64,000 nt of DNA from Polyangiales bacterium (GCA_038230375.1 JBBRNJ010000003.1:128001-192000), one strand, 5' to 3'; positions 19,452 to 30,455 are shown, counted from the first letter of the stretch. The notes: a model not told the origin generated them from the letters alone. Numbers and translations are program-made.

Positions 19452-21554
19452 TCACTCCGCCTTGAACTTGATCTGTGGCGGCGGCAGGTACGCGGAGCTG
19501 GTCATGCTGTACGGCTGGATGAAAACGACCGCGCGATCACAGGCGCTGAGCCCGATGCCGCCGCCGTTCGCCTTTGTCAGACCGGGGCACCAGTGTGACG
19601 TGCCGCTCTCGGGGCTGGGGAACGTGCCCGCTGCGCCGTAGTCGCCCTCCGACACGATGTCCCAGCACTGCTGGCGCTGCGTGTCGGTCGTTGGCGGACT
19701 GCCCTGGTGATAGAACGTGAGGACCGCGTCGTCCTGACCGGAGACGTCGGGGCAGACCGCCCACGCAGACAGCGTGACGGGCACGCCCGCCGTGTTCTGG
19801 ACGACGTAATAGCGACCAGGCTGTGTCGTGGTCTCCAGCGTGGCGCTGCACAGCCCGCCGTCGAGCCGCGTGTAGAGCGGTGCCGCCGCGAAATTCGTGT
19901 TGAGCGTGGTCACCGTGCCCAGCGCGCCAAGAGCAACGTCGACGCCTGCGGTGTTGCAGCCGATGGGCAGGACCTTCGCAGCGGAGGTGCCGCCGCCCGG
20001 TGTCGGCGTGAACACCGTGATGGTGAGCGAGCCAGGCGATGCGAGCTGAGCCTGCGGGAGCGTGGCCTTGAGCTGCGTGCCCGAGACGTAGGTCGTGGGG
20101 TAGTTCGCGCCGTTGAGCTGGACCAGGCTGGTGCTCGTGAAGCCTGAGCCGGTGACGGTGAGGAGCGTGTCAGGGCTGCCCATGACGACCGACGCAGGCG
20201 CGAGGGTGGTCAGTACGGGCGCGGGGTTCTGCACATTGATGCTCGCCATGTTCGACGTGCCGCCGCCGGGGGTCGGTGTGACCACGCTCACGGTGATCGC
20301 ACCCGCGGTCGCGACCTGCGCCGCGCTGAGCGTGGCGGTCAACGACGCGCTGCTGACGAACGTGGTCGCCGTGGCAGTGCCGTTGAAGAACACCTGCGAG
20401 GCCGGATAGAAGCTGGTTCCGCTGATGGTGACGTTCGTGGCGCCGGCGCCGGCGGTGATGGTGGCGGGGACCACGTTGGTCACGGACGGCGCGCCGTACT
20501 GCACGCGAAACGAGAGCGGCATGCTCACGCCGCCGCCGGGGGGCGGGTTCTTGACCGCGACCGGAAAATCACCGACCGCGGTGAGCGCGGACGAAGGAAC
20601 TACCGCCGTCAGCGTGCGATTGTCGATGAACGTGGTGGCGATGGGCGTGCCGTTGAAGAGCGCGGAGCTGGCGGTGACGAAGCCATTGCCTGTCAACGTC
20701 ACGGTGGTCGCGGCGCTGTTCACGAGCGCCGCGGTGGGCGCGACTGTCGTGAGCTGCACGGCCGGATTCGACACGGTGAACGAGAGCGGCATGCTCACGC
20801 CACCCCCAGGCGCCGGGTTCTGCACGATCACGTCCAGCGTGCCCGAGCTGGCGAGCTGCGCGGCCGGGATGGTCGCCTTGATGTTCTGACCGTCCATGTA
20901 GGTGGACTTGACCAGCTTGCCCTGGACCGTGACGGTGGCGGCGCTCACGAAGCCGTCGCCCGTGATCGCGATGGCCACATCCGGCGAACCTGCGATCACG
21001 CCAAGCGGCGCGAGCGTGGTGATCGCGGGACCCGGGTTCACCACGGTGAAGTCGAGCGCCGCGCTTGCGCCGCCGCCGGGCGGGCTGGTGCCCACCGAGA
21101 CGTGCAGGGTCGCGAGCGCGGCAAGGCTCTGCGTCGGAATGGTCGCACGCAGCTCCGTGGCGCTGACGAAGGTCGTGGTGAGTGGTGCGCCGTCGAGCTG
21201 AACGACCGTGCGTGCGACGAAGTTGTCGCCGTTGAGCACCACGGTGGGGCCCACGCTTCCGACGGTGGCCGTATTCGGTGTGATCGATGCGAGCGTGGGC
21301 GCCTTCGCGTTGTCGTCGGCGGTGGGCTTGGTAGGAGTGCCGCCTCCCGACCCGCCGTTGCCAGACGAGCTGCTGGTTGCGGTGGGCGTGGGCGTGGGGT
21401 CCGTGCCGTTCTGGCTGGTGTCGACGCCAGCGCCGGTGTCGGTCGTGGAGGCGCCCTGAGCGCATGCTCCGATCAACACGCCCATGACGAGCAACAGGAT
21501 TGCGAGACGAACTTTCCGAGCCTGAAGAGCACCACGAGATGCCACGACGAACAT
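19452..21554 (-). CDS. Lipoprotein with five IPT/TIG (Ig-like) repeats and a Cys-containing C-terminal domain
   Basis: VLIGAC lipobox; five ~88-aa repeats each ending PxPGGGxS; start uncertain. Confidence 0.85.
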   Translation of the reverse strand: MFVVASRGALQARKVRLAILLLVMGVLIGACAQGASTTDTGAGVDTSQNGTDPTPTPTATSSSSGNGGSGGGTPTKPTADDNAKAPTLASITPNTATVGSVGPTVVLNGDNFVARTVVQLDGAPLTTTFVSATELRATIPTQSLAALATLHVSVGTSPPGGGASAALDFTVVNPGPAITTLAPLGVIAGSPDVAIAITGDGFVSAATVTVQGKLVKSTYMDGQNIKATIPAAQLASSGTLDVIVQNPAPGGGVSMPLSFTVSNPAVQLTTVAPTAALVNSAATTVTLTGNGFVTASSALFNGTPIATTFIDNRTLTAVVPSSALTAVGDFPVAVKNPPPGGGVSMPLSFRVQYGAPSVTNVVPATITAGAGATNVTISGTSFYPASQVFFNGTATATTFVSSASLTATLSAAQVATAGAITVSVVTPTPGGGTSNMASINVQNPAPVLTTLAPASVVMGSPDTLLTVTGSGFTSTSLVQLNGANYPTTYVSGTQLKATLPQAQLASPGSLTITVFTPTPGGGTSAAKVLPIGCNTAGVDVALGALGTVTTLNTNFAAAPLYTRLDGGLCSATLETTTQPGRYYVVQNTAGVPVTLSAWAVCPDVSGQDDAVLTFYHQGSPPTTDTQRQQCWDIVSEGDYGAAGTFPSPESGTSHWCPGLTKANGGGIGLSACDRAVVFIQPYSMTSSAYLPPPQIKFKAE

Positions 21555-21695
21555 GTTGCGGACGAGCCTTCTGCATCGGGCCGAGCGGCCCCAAGCGCGC
21601 ATAACCAAGCACATGTAGGCAAGCCATGCCACCCGACCCCCGGCGATTTTTCCGTGGTGGGCATGGGCGCAGAGCATGCGCACCACGCAACTACG

Positions 21696-23411
21696 TCAAC
21701 CGCCTACGATTTCGTGCACTTGCCCGCGAATCACGTCCCATTTTCGCGTGACGTCATTCTTGAAGGCGAGCAGCATGAGGCCGATCAGGAACGCCATTCC
21801 CGCGAGGCTGATCACCTCGCGCGTGCGCAGCGCCAGGGGTCGCCGCCTCACACCCTCGATCGCGATGAGGAGGAGATGGCCTCCGTCCAGGACCGGCACG
21901 GGCAGCAGGTTGATGAGCCCAAGGTTCACGCTCGTGATGGCCATCGCCCACGAGAAGTACGTGGGCCCCTTCGCGCCGGCCTCTCCGGCAATGTCGTAGA
22001 GCGTGATGGGGCCGCTCACCTGAGAGAAGCTCACGCGCCCCTGCAGCAGCCGCACGATCGACGTGGTGACGAAGCGGATGGCGCTCCATGTCTCCGTGAA
22101 CCCGCGGCCGATCGCATACGTGAGCAGGTGGTTGTTCTCCACCATGTGCGACGCAGCACGCGGCACGTCGTGTGTGGTGCGGAACACGTAGCGCTCGTAG
22201 TGCTGGCTGTACTCGTCGTCCCAGGACTCGCGGCGCATCTGGAATGTGCCGCGCATGGTCTCGCCATCGCGCAGCCAGGCGAGCTCGTGCGGGCGGTTCG
22301 CGAAGCGCACGAGCTCTGCTTCCATGTGCGTCCACGAGCGGACGGGAACGCCGTCAAGCTCCGTCACGCGGTCGCTCGGGCGAAGGCCTGCGCGCCATTC
22401 GCTCGCGCCCTCTGGAACGAACGCGACATAGAGATCGCATGTCTCGATGCCGGTGCGTGCGCGTACGTCAGCCTCGCGCGCTGTGTAGTCGTCTGTCTTG
22501 GCGTTCGGCGGTAGGTCGATCGACAGCGGCGTGAGCGTGGCGACGCCGGGCTCCAGCACGGCCGCGTCGAACAGCTTGTTGTGAGCGCTCTCTGGCCGCA
22601 TGAACGTGACCACGATCGTGTCGCCGCGGTTCGCCGAGAGCATCTGCACCAGGTCCACGAAGCGGTCCACCTTGCGGCCGTTGATCGCGGTGATGCGATC
22701 GAACGAGCGTAGGCCGGCACGGTATGCTGGGCTGTCGGGCCGCGAGATGCCCACGACCGGCGCAAGGAACGAGGGCGAGATGCCCACGCGGCCCACACGC
22801 TCCGTCATCTCGAGCTCCACGGGCTCGAGCATCAGCACCTCTTCCTCGGGAGTGATGGGCAGCTCGAGCTGCTTGCCGTCGCGCGTGATGGAGAAGATGA
22901 CGGGCGCCCCCGCCTTGCCCTTGATCGCGCTCTGGACGTCGGGGAACGACTCCATCTCGGAGCCGTCGATCTTGTTGATCAGGTCACCGGGCTCCAGCTT
23001 GCCGTCAGCAGGTTTGTGGTCGAGCACGGTGCCGACGGCGGGCGGCTCGAACGTGCGGTCGTCCATGTAGACGGACGTGTAGAGCACCACGGGGAACAGG
23101 ACGTTCATCGCGGGGCCAGCCAGCACGATGAGCACGCGCTTGCCGAGCGATTGCGCCTCGAAGGTGCGCTTCTTCTCCTCCGGAAGGATCGTCTCGCCCT
23201 TGCCCTCTTCGAGCATCTTCACGAAGCCGCCGAACGGGAGGATGCCCAGGCAGTACTCCGTCTCGCGCCCGCGGATGCGGATGATCTTCGGCCCGAAGCC
23301 GATCGCGAAGGTCAGCACCTTCACCCCGAACATCTTGGCCGCCGCAAAGTGGCCCAGCTCGTGGATGAAGATGAGGATGCTGACGAAGAGAATGAAATAG
23401 AGGAGGTCCAA
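21696..23411 (-). CDS. rseP: RIP metalloprotease RseP (site-2 protease, multiple PDZ domains)
   Basis: HELGH, FAIGFGP, LAGPAMN, NLLPVPVLDGG; TTG start. Confidence 0.95.
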   Translation of the reverse strand: MDLLYFILFVSILIFIHELGHFAAAKMFGVKVLTFAIGFGPKIIRIRGRETEYCLGILPFGGFVKMLEEGKGETILPEEKKRTFEAQSLGKRVLIVLAGPAMNVLFPVVLYTSVYMDDRTFEPPAVGTVLDHKPADGKLEPGDLINKIDGSEMESFPDVQSAIKGKAGAPVIFSITRDGKQLELPITPEEEVLMLEPVELEMTERVGRVGISPSFLAPVVGISRPDSPAYRAGLRSFDRITAINGRKVDRFVDLVQMLSANRGDTIVVTFMRPESAHNKLFDAAVLEPGVATLTPLSIDLPPNAKTDDYTAREADVRARTGIETCDLYVAFVPEGASEWRAGLRPSDRVTELDGVPVRSWTHMEAELVRFANRPHELAWLRDGETMRGTFQMRRESWDDEYSQHYERYVFRTTHDVPRAASHMVENNHLLTYAIGRGFTETWSAIRFVTTSIVRLLQGRVSFSQVSGPITLYDIAGEAGAKGPTYFSWAMAITSVNLGLINLLPVPVLDGGHLLLIAIEGVRRRPLALRTREVISLAGMAFLIGLMLLAFKNDVTRKWDVIRGQVHEIVGG

Positions 23412-23462
23412 GAGACGCCCCTGGTACTAGCAGGAGTCCCCGCGATGGGACGAGCCGTCGCA

Positions 23463-24113
23463 TCAATGGGACCCCAACGCGGGAGAAGCGGGCTGACCGC
23501 GCCGCTGCTTGCGCTTCGCAGGGTCGCCATTGGGATGGATGGTCTCGCCCCTTGCGAGCATCTCCGCGAACGTCGCGATCTTCTTCTTCCGGCCCGCCTC
23601 GGTCTTCATGTTGAGGGTGCGGAACGTCAACGCGAACCGGTTCTGGGCGGACAGCTTCTCGTACATCGCCAGCGCCTTCGGCTTCGCGCGGATCGCTGCA
23701 AGCAGGTCCGCCGGTGCCTCGCTCTTCGTCATGCTGTAGGCCTTGGTCCAGCGCCCGTCGGCCTTCGCGGCCTCGATCTGCGCAAGGCCCGGCGGCCGCA
23801 TTCTTCTCGCCTCGATCAGCCGCGCGACGTTGGCGACGTTGACCTGGCTCCAGATGCTCTTCTTGCGGCGCCGCGTGTACCGCTGCAGGAAGCTCGTGTC
23901 GTCCAGGCCCTTCCGGATGGCGTCGATCCATCCCCAGCAGAGCACGACGTCGATCGCCTCCTTCGGCGTGATGGACGCGAGCCCGGAGCTCACCTTGTGG
24001 ATCTTGATCCACACCTCGGTCTCCTTGTTCCAGTTCTTGCCGAGCCATGCGTAGAAGCTCTTCTCGCTCTCGAACTCGTGAACCTTCTCTGGATCGACGT
24101 GCACGGCTGCCAT
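23463..24113 (-). CDS. YdeI/OmpD-associated family protein
   Basis: FYAWL..EVWIKIHK..EAIDVVLCWGWID..SIWSQVN..KADGRW..PADL. Confidence 0.9.
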   Translation of the reverse strand: MAAVHVDPEKVHEFESEKSFYAWLGKNWNKETEVWIKIHKVSSGLASITPKEAIDVVLCWGWIDAIRKGLDDTSFLQRYTRRRKKSIWSQVNVANVARLIEARRMRPPGLAQIEAAKADGRWTKAYSMTKSEAPADLLAAIRAKPKALAMYEKLSAQNRFALTFRTLNMKTEAGRKKKIATFAEMLARGETIHPNGDPAKRKQRRGQPASPALGSH

Positions 24114-24115
24114 CT

Positions 24116-24676
24116 CTACTTTCCTGCGCCGCGCTTTGCCCGTCGCGCGGCCGATTTTTTGGCGGCCTCTGCGGCCCATTTCTTCTCGAGGCGGGCCTTG
24201 GCTCTTGTCACCGTCACATCGGTGCCGCGCTTCTTGTCGGAGAGCAGGCCCCGCTCGAGCTTCGCGTACTCTCGCGCGAGTGTCTTCTTGATCGCAGTGA
24301 AGTCGCGGCTGAGCCCCGCCTTCTCCATGCTCTTCTCCACGCTGTCGAGCAGGAGAAGGACGTAGTCCGCTACCTGACGCACGTGCGCGATCGTGTAGTC
24401 GCGCCAACCTGCGCTTGCAGAGCTGACGCCGGGCGCGAGCATGAAGCGGCTCGTCACCTTCTTCGTCCTGGGGACATAGCGAAAATTCAGCATGCCCTGT
24501 TCAGCTCGTGATTTGGGGGCGGGCTGGATGAAGAACATCTGAAGGTCCACGATGCCAGCGACGCGCACGGGCTCCAGGTGCTCGTAGAGGACGTTCATCA
24601 CGACCAGATCCAGATCGCGAAACCGCCCGCCATCGCCGCCCGCGCCCTCGTGCCATCCCTGCAAGTTCAACCGCAT
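24116..24676 (-). CDS. Hypothetical protein with basic C-terminal tail
   Basis: GGAGGGAG RBS, 186-aa frame packed between co-oriented genes. Confidence 0.65.
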   Translation of the reverse strand: MRLNLQGWHEGAGGDGGRFRDLDLVVMNVLYEHLEPVRVAGIVDLQMFFIQPAPKSRAEQGMLNFRYVPRTKKVTSRFMLAPGVSSASAGWRDYTIAHVRQVADYVLLLLDSVEKSMEKAGLSRDFTAIKKTLAREYAKLERGLLSDKKRGTDVTVTRAKARLEKKWAAEAAKKSAARRAKRGAGK

Positions 24677-24696
24677 CGTGAGCTCCCTCCTTGGCG

Positions 24697-25674
24697 CTAG
24701 AAACGGATGCGGAAGCCGTCCGCTGCAGCTGCGGCCATCGCTGTCTGCTTCTTCCCCCTCGGAGCAGTGAAGTAGATCACTGCGCCCGCGACCAGCACGG
24801 TTCCACCGGCGATGAACGCGATGGTGGACAGGTTTGCCAGATCGCGCGCCTTCGATCGATCATCCAGGCCGGGCTGCTGACACGCCTTGCCATCGCAGAA
24901 CGGGCTGGCGTCGTCTGCTTTCGACTTTGCTTGCAGACCGAAATACGTGCCGATGCCGATGCCCACGAGCCCGACGCCACCCGTGATGATGCCCACGGTG
25001 CGCTGCGTGGACCCCACGTTCGGGTCGGCGGCTTCCGGCAGGCGCGTTGGCGGCGGCTCCGCTCTTGGAAGAGCGATCAGCGCGGGGACCTCGATCTTCG
25101 TGCCCTGGGACGGCGGAGTGATCGTGACCTTTCTGGTCCACGTCTTCTTGCCTGGAGCGCTTGCCTCGATGACGTGCTCGCCAGGGTCGGTCGGCAGCTC
25201 GGTGCCCCAGAGCGCCGCGCCCAGCTCTGTTCCGTCGCGTGTGATCTTGAGCCCGCGCTCCTGGGTGGTCATCGGTACGACGACCTGCAGCTTCACGAGC
25301 TTTGGCTCGAGCGCGGCTGCGCGGTCCTGCGCGATCTTCTCTCTCGCATCCCCCTGCTTCTTCGCGAAGTTCGCGGCCTCGCGGAACGTGGCCCAGGCGC
25401 TCGCCGTCTTCTGGCTCTTCTCGTAGCAGTCGGCCAGGTACAGCATGGTGCCGATGCCCGAGTCCAGCCGGTTGCTCTCCGCAAGCTTCGGGCATGCCTC
25501 GGCGAGCTTGCCCTCCGTCATGAGCGCGCGTCCCTGATTGAAGAGCGCCTCCGCCGCGGCCGCATCGTTCGCGTTGGTGGTCTCGGCGCGAGCGTCGCCA
25601 GCGAGCACGATCGCGAGCGCCTGACACAGAGCGAGCGCTGCGATGCATGGCGTGGTCTGCATCGTTCGCGTCAC
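24697..25674 (-). CDS. Secreted TPR + PEGA-like protein (cassette 1 partner)
   Basis: Signal peptide; AAAEALFNQGRALM..EACPKLAESNRLD TPR; DPGEHVIEASAPG; two Gly-rich hydrophobic segments; ends GFRIRF; GTGA overlap. Confidence 0.85.
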   Translation of the reverse strand: MTRTMQTTPCIAALALCQALAIVLAGDARAETTNANDAAAAEALFNQGRALMTEGKLAEACPKLAESNRLDSGIGTMLYLADCYEKSQKTASAWATFREAANFAKKQGDAREKIAQDRAAALEPKLVKLQVVVPMTTQERGLKITRDGTELGAALWGTELPTDPGEHVIEASAPGKKTWTRKVTITPPSQGTKIEVPALIALPRAEPPPTRLPEAADPNVGSTQRTVGIITGGVGLVGIGIGTYFGLQAKSKADDASPFCDGKACQQPGLDDRSKARDLANLSTIAFIAGGTVLVAGAVIYFTAPRGKKQTAMAAAAADGFRIRF

Positions 25675-26402
25675 GGCTGGTCTCCCTTCTGCTTTGCACC
25701 GAGCTGCATCCGATACGTCGCGAAGCGCTGCGCGCCAGGTCCGTGACCGTTGCCGGCGTCCTCCCATCCGTAGCCGTACCGACCGATGTGCATCAGGCGG
25801 ATCGTTGTGTCCGCGAAGATCGTATGCCTTGCCTGGCGTGCTCGCTCGCAGAACGCGAAGTCCTCGCCCAGGTACCACTCCGCACCGCTCTCGCCGTGCG
25901 GGTCCTTGACGATGAGCGGCTGGAAGAACGGGTAGAACCCCTTGCCCCACCGCGTGTTCACGCGCTTCACGTTGAGCCTGTCCCGGATGTCCTCGTACAC
26001 CTCGCGCCGCGTGAGGACGAAGCCAGCGCCCACGTACTGCACCTCGAGCAGCCCACCCCCTTCACCAAAGACGACCTCCTTCGTCTCCGGCAGCAGATAT
26101 GCAGCGAGCTCGCGCTGGCCCTTCTTCGCATAGAGCCCGCACGCGATCGGCACCTTGTGGCTGCGCAGCTTCTCCACCGCATCCGCAGTGAACGCGATGT
26201 CCGCGTCGAGCCACATGATGTCCTCGAAGCCTTGATCAAGCGCCTCGGTCGCCATCAGGCTGCGCGCCAGATCGATCGCGGAGTTGCCCGCCATGCGTCG
26301 CACCTCCCATCCAGATTTCGCGAGCTCGATCAGCGCGCGTTCGCACTCTGGCTCGACGCGATCTGCAACGGGAAGCAAGACCACGCGCTTGGCGTCCGTC
26401 AC
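25671..26402 (-). CDS. GT-A fold glycosyltransferase (GT2-like)
   Basis: WLDADIAF (DxD), VGAGFVLTRREVYE, YLGEDFAFCERAR, ADTTIRLMHIG. Confidence 0.82.
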   Translation of the reverse strand: MTDAKRVVLLPVADRVEPECERALIELAKSGWEVRRMAGNSAIDLARSLMATEALDQGFEDIMWLDADIAFTADAVEKLRSHKVPIACGLYAKKGQRELAAYLLPETKEVVFGEGGGLLEVQYVGAGFVLTRREVYEDIRDRLNVKRVNTRWGKGFYPFFQPLIVKDPHGESGAEWYLGEDFAFCERARQARHTIFADTTIRLMHIGRYGYGWEDAGNGHGPGAQRFATYRMQLGAKQKGDQP

Positions 26403-26406
26403 GGCA

Positions 26407-27522
26407 CTACCTGCATGGCAGCGCGGAGCCTGCGGCGCTGCCGAGGATGCAGCTCATGGAGCCCGATATCGAGCCGGAGCCGCTACCAAACGAGCAGCCG
26501 TTCAAGACGGTGGAGCCGCAATACGGATCGACGCCCACGCCACCGCGTATCGCCTTCGCGGGTCCGTACCCCTTGAGGTCGCAAGCGAGGTTGCAGCTCG
26601 TGACGTGAGCGTAGCCCGCTTGCTCGCTCTCGGTTCCGTCGCAGTCGTAGTCGAAAGACGTGCTGCCGCTCGCGTTCGTGTATCCCTTGCCGGAATAGGC
26701 CGTCTGGCCCGGATGCACGTTCGGATCGGTATCCAGACAGTCACCACCAACCTTCGTGAAGCCCTGGGGCGCCGCGCATGCGAACTTGGCGTTGGCCGTC
26801 ACGCCGTAGCCGTCGCCATCGACATCCTCGTAGAAGGCAACGAGCGGTTCGCAGCCGTTGGCCGGGTTGCCGTCGCAGTCGCCGAACCCGGCGCGACACT
26901 GGATGCCGCACTTGGCGCCCGCGCACGCGGGGTCCGCGTTGGCGCCGCCCGAGCAACCCACGTTGCAGCCGCCGCAGTTGTGCGTGCTGGTCTGCAGGTC
27001 GGCACACGAGCCGCTGCACGGGTTGGTTCCTATCGGACACGAGACGGTGCAGCCGCCGGGCGCGCAGAACGGTGCGGCGTCACCGCAGGCGACGTCGCAG
27101 CTGCCGCAGGTCTTCGGGTTCAGGATGTCGGACTCGCATCCGTTCGATGGATCGAAGTCGCAGTTCGCGGTGCCGGGCATGCAGCCCTTGAAATTGCATC
27201 GATCGACGCTGTCACAGATGGTGGTGGCGACGTTGGGGATCGAGCAAGCCGCGCAGCTGGATGCGTCGCCGCAGCCGACCATCGGGCTGGATGCGGCGAC
27301 ACATGTGCCGGCGCAGTTCTTCTGTCCGCTCGGGCATGCGTCGTTGCTCGCGTCGGGAACAATCGTGGACGCGTCGGCGACGACGACCACGGTATCGGGT
27401 GCAGCGTCACTGCCGCCATCCGCGAGGATGCTGTCCGAGTCCACGCCGAGCAGCGTCGCGCACCCGAAGAGCGCCACGGGCGTGACGGACACTGCGCCTG
27501 CGAGAAGGATGCGGCGCCTCAT
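26407..27522 (-). CDS. Cys-rich lipoprotein with myxobacterial Cys repeats and MopE-like metal-binding motif
   Basis: ALFGC lipobox; CADLQTSTHNCGGC, DCDGNPANGCE; DVDGDGYG..GGDCLDTDPNVHPG..DYDCDG. Confidence 0.85.
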   Translation of the reverse strand: MRRRILLAGAVSVTPVALFGCATLLGVDSDSILADGGSDAAPDTVVVVADASTIVPDASNDACPSGQKNCAGTCVAASSPMVGCGDASSCAACSIPNVATTICDSVDRCNFKGCMPGTANCDFDPSNGCESDILNPKTCGSCDVACGDAAPFCAPGGCTVSCPIGTNPCSGSCADLQTSTHNCGGCNVGCSGGANADPACAGAKCGIQCRAGFGDCDGNPANGCEPLVAFYEDVDGDGYGVTANAKFACAAPQGFTKVGGDCLDTDPNVHPGQTAYSGKGYTNASGSTSFDYDCDGTESEQAGYAHVTSCNLACDLKGYGPAKAIRGGVGVDPYCGSTVLNGCSFGSGSGSISGSMSCILGSAAGSALPCR

Positions 27523-29081
27523 TTCCGATCACCGAAGCCATTCGGATCGGACGGTGGAGTCGCTGCGACTGGCGGCGGCGTCGGTGGGGCCTCCACGCTG
27601 GCCGGTCCCTTCACCGCTGCGGCTGTCGCCGGCGGCCCCTTCGCGCCAGCGCGCGGAGCCAGTGCGACAGCTACATGAGGCTGGGAGGACGCGGTGGGGG
27701 ACGCGGGGGACGCGGCGCCCAATGCGACTGGCGACACTGGGGTAGCGGTGGCCGGAACAGGAAGCGGTGCAAGCACAGGCGCATGTGTGGTCTCTGCAAT
27801 CACGGCTTGCGTGGCATCCGATGCGGCGGTTGCGTTCGCGGACTTGTCCTTCGCGGCTGTCACCCTCGCCAGCGCAGGCATCACGCGCGGCCCCACCACG
27901 AAACCCACCGCGCCCAGCACGAGGAGCGCGCCTGCCGCGACGAGTAGCGCCGGCCCGCGTGACCTTGGCAAGCCAGCGTTGCGGCGTGCGGCCTCCGTCG
28001 ATGCAACGGACGCGGCCATGGTGGACATTTCGTGCCCGCCCATCGGCACGGGGACATCGACCGACGTCTCGCCCTCGGCCCTGGTCGCCAGCGGTGGCAC
28101 CGAGCCGGAGCGACCGTTCACCTGCATGCTGATGATGCGATCGATCGACACGCGCGCCCTGGGCGGCGCAAACGGCTCTAGCGCCCGCGCCAGCTCGGCG
28201 ACGTTCGCGAAGCGCGCCCACGTCTCCTTCTGCAGGCAATGGAGGATCACCTCCTCGAGCCTCTCCGGCGCGGTCGGCAACAGGGAGCGAAGCGGGCGCG
28301 GCGAACCAACGAGGATCGCGACGCAGAGCTCGGGCGTGGTGGGTGCGTCGAACGCGTGCTCCCCCGTGAGCAGCCTGTGGAGCACGACACCGAGCGACCA
28401 GATGTCGGCGCGCTGGTCCACGTCGCGGGCGCTGCGCAGCTGCTCGGGCGGCATGTAATGCGGCGAGCCCATCATCATCGCCGTCTTCGTGAGCGGGTCG
28501 CTCCCGGTGGCGATGTCCACGCTGTCCACCATCTTGGAGATGCCGAAGTCCAGGACCTTCACGAGCGCCGAGCCATCGGGCCGCTTCGTGAGGAACAGGT
28601 TCGCGGGCTTCAGATCACGATGGATGATGCCCAGCGCATGGGCCTCGGCGATCGCCTCGCATGCCTGGAGCACGTACTCCACGGCGAGCGGGATGGGGAG
28701 CGGCCCGTTCGCCTTCTGCAGCTCGGACAGGTCGGAGCCATGGAGGAACTCCATGACGATGAACGGCACCTGATCCGCGCCGTGGCGACCGACGTCGATC
28801 ACGCGTGCCACGTGCTCGCTCTTCAGCTTGGCGGACGCGCGGGCCTCTCTCAAGAACCGTGCGACCAGCTCCGCGTCGTCGAGGGATTCCTTGCGGAGCG
28901 CCTTGATCGCAACGCGTTGATCCAGGTCGACGTGGCGCCCACCCAGGATGACGCCCATGCCGCCCGCGCCCAGCACCTGATCGATGCGGTACTTCCCGGC
29001 GAGCACGTTGCCGGGCGCGAACTCGGCGCTTGGCAGCTTTGCCTGCTTGTCCGGCTTGGGGCTGGAGGAGGACTGGGTCAT
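27519..29081 (-). CDS. Membrane Ser/Thr protein kinase (cassette 1)
   Basis: LGAGGMG, VAIK, HRDLKPAN, DFG, YMPPEQ; one TM; Pro/Ala-rich tail ending DPNGFGDRK. Confidence 0.95.
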   Translation of the reverse strand: MTQSSSSPKPDKQAKLPSAEFAPGNVLAGKYRIDQVLGAGGMGVILGGRHVDLDQRVAIKALRKESLDDAELVARFLREARASAKLKSEHVARVIDVGRHGADQVPFIVMEFLHGSDLSELQKANGPLPIPLAVEYVLQACEAIAEAHALGIIHRDLKPANLFLTKRPDGSALVKVLDFGISKMVDSVDIATGSDPLTKTAMMMGSPHYMPPEQLRSARDVDQRADIWSLGVVLHRLLTGEHAFDAPTTPELCVAILVGSPRPLRSLLPTAPERLEEVILHCLQKETWARFANVAELARALEPFAPPRARVSIDRIISMQVNGRSGSVPPLATRAEGETSVDVPVPMGGHEMSTMAASVASTEAARRNAGLPRSRGPALLVAAGALLVLGAVGFVVGPRVMPALARVTAAKDKSANATAASDATQAVIAETTHAPVLAPLPVPATATPVSPVALGAASPASPTASSQPHVAVALAPRAGAKGPPATAAAVKGPASVEAPPTPPPVAATPPSDPNGFGDRK

Positions 29082-29219
29082 GTCGGGCGACGGCCACAAG
29101 AATGGCAGCATCCCAAACGTACCATCGTTCCCGGGCGCAACAGCCCGAATTTCGGCTGTCGGTCTGGTGTGCCGCGTGCTGGACGTGTTGCGCCGTGTTG
29201 CGCGTGCGCGCGTGCCCCT

Positions 29220-29753
29220 TCAGCGGATGAACGAGGAGCCCACCATGAGCACGAACACCACGAAGAACAGCGCCACGCCGCCGCCGATCTTCGCGGCTTT
29301 TCGCGTGGAGATCGCGGACTGGTGGCCCGGCGGGAAATGCATGATCGGGATCTCGCCGTGGTGCATACAGTAGTACTTGGTGGTGAAGGCGGAGACGATC
29401 AGCCATCCCACCAGACCGCCCGCGATGCGTGCCGCCTGTCCGCCGCCGCCGGCGTTCGACGCGGTTGGCGTCCCGCAGTGCGGGCACGGGAGCTTCCCGA
29501 ACAAGCCAACGTTCGCGACCGGCGGTCCCGACATCACATGCGGCGCGGCCTGCCCGTAGCCCTGCATCGCACCAAAGCCACCGGGCGGTGGCGGTTGCCC
29601 GTACGGCTGCTGCGGCTGCCCATATGGCTGCTGCGGTTGCCCGTATGGCTGCTGCGGTTGCCCGTATGGCTGCTGCGGCTGCCCGTATGGCTGCTGCGGC
29701 TGCCCGTACGGTGGTGGGTTACGTGGGTCGCCGGGAGGGAAGCCGCCTTGCAT
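29220..29753 (-). CDS. Pro/Gln-rich membrane protein with split Zn knuckles
   Basis: (PYGQPQQ)n, CPHC, hydrophobic segment, CMHH, C-terminal TM. Confidence 0.78.
   Translation of the reverse strand: MQGGFPPGDPRNPPPYGQPQQPYGQPQQPYGQPQQPYGQPQQPYGQPQQPYGQPPPPGGFGAMQGYGQAAPHVMSGPPVANVGLFGKLPCPHCGTPTASNAGGGGQAARIAGGLVGWLIVSAFTTKYYCMHHGEIPIMHFPPGHQSAISTRKAAKIGGGVALFFVVFVLMVGSSFIR
29593..29711 (-). repeat. 21-bp coding tandem repeat (PYGQPQQ), five units plus a partial
   Basis: ggYtgcccRtaYggctgctgc units on the plus strand. Confidence 0.92.
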
Positions 29754-29762
29754 CCATGGAGC

Positions 29763-30455
<693 letters not shown>

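Noticed and set aside
29593..29711. 21-bp repeats as a CRISPR array
   Set aside because: Repeats are contiguous without spacers, in frame within a CDS, and no cas genes are present
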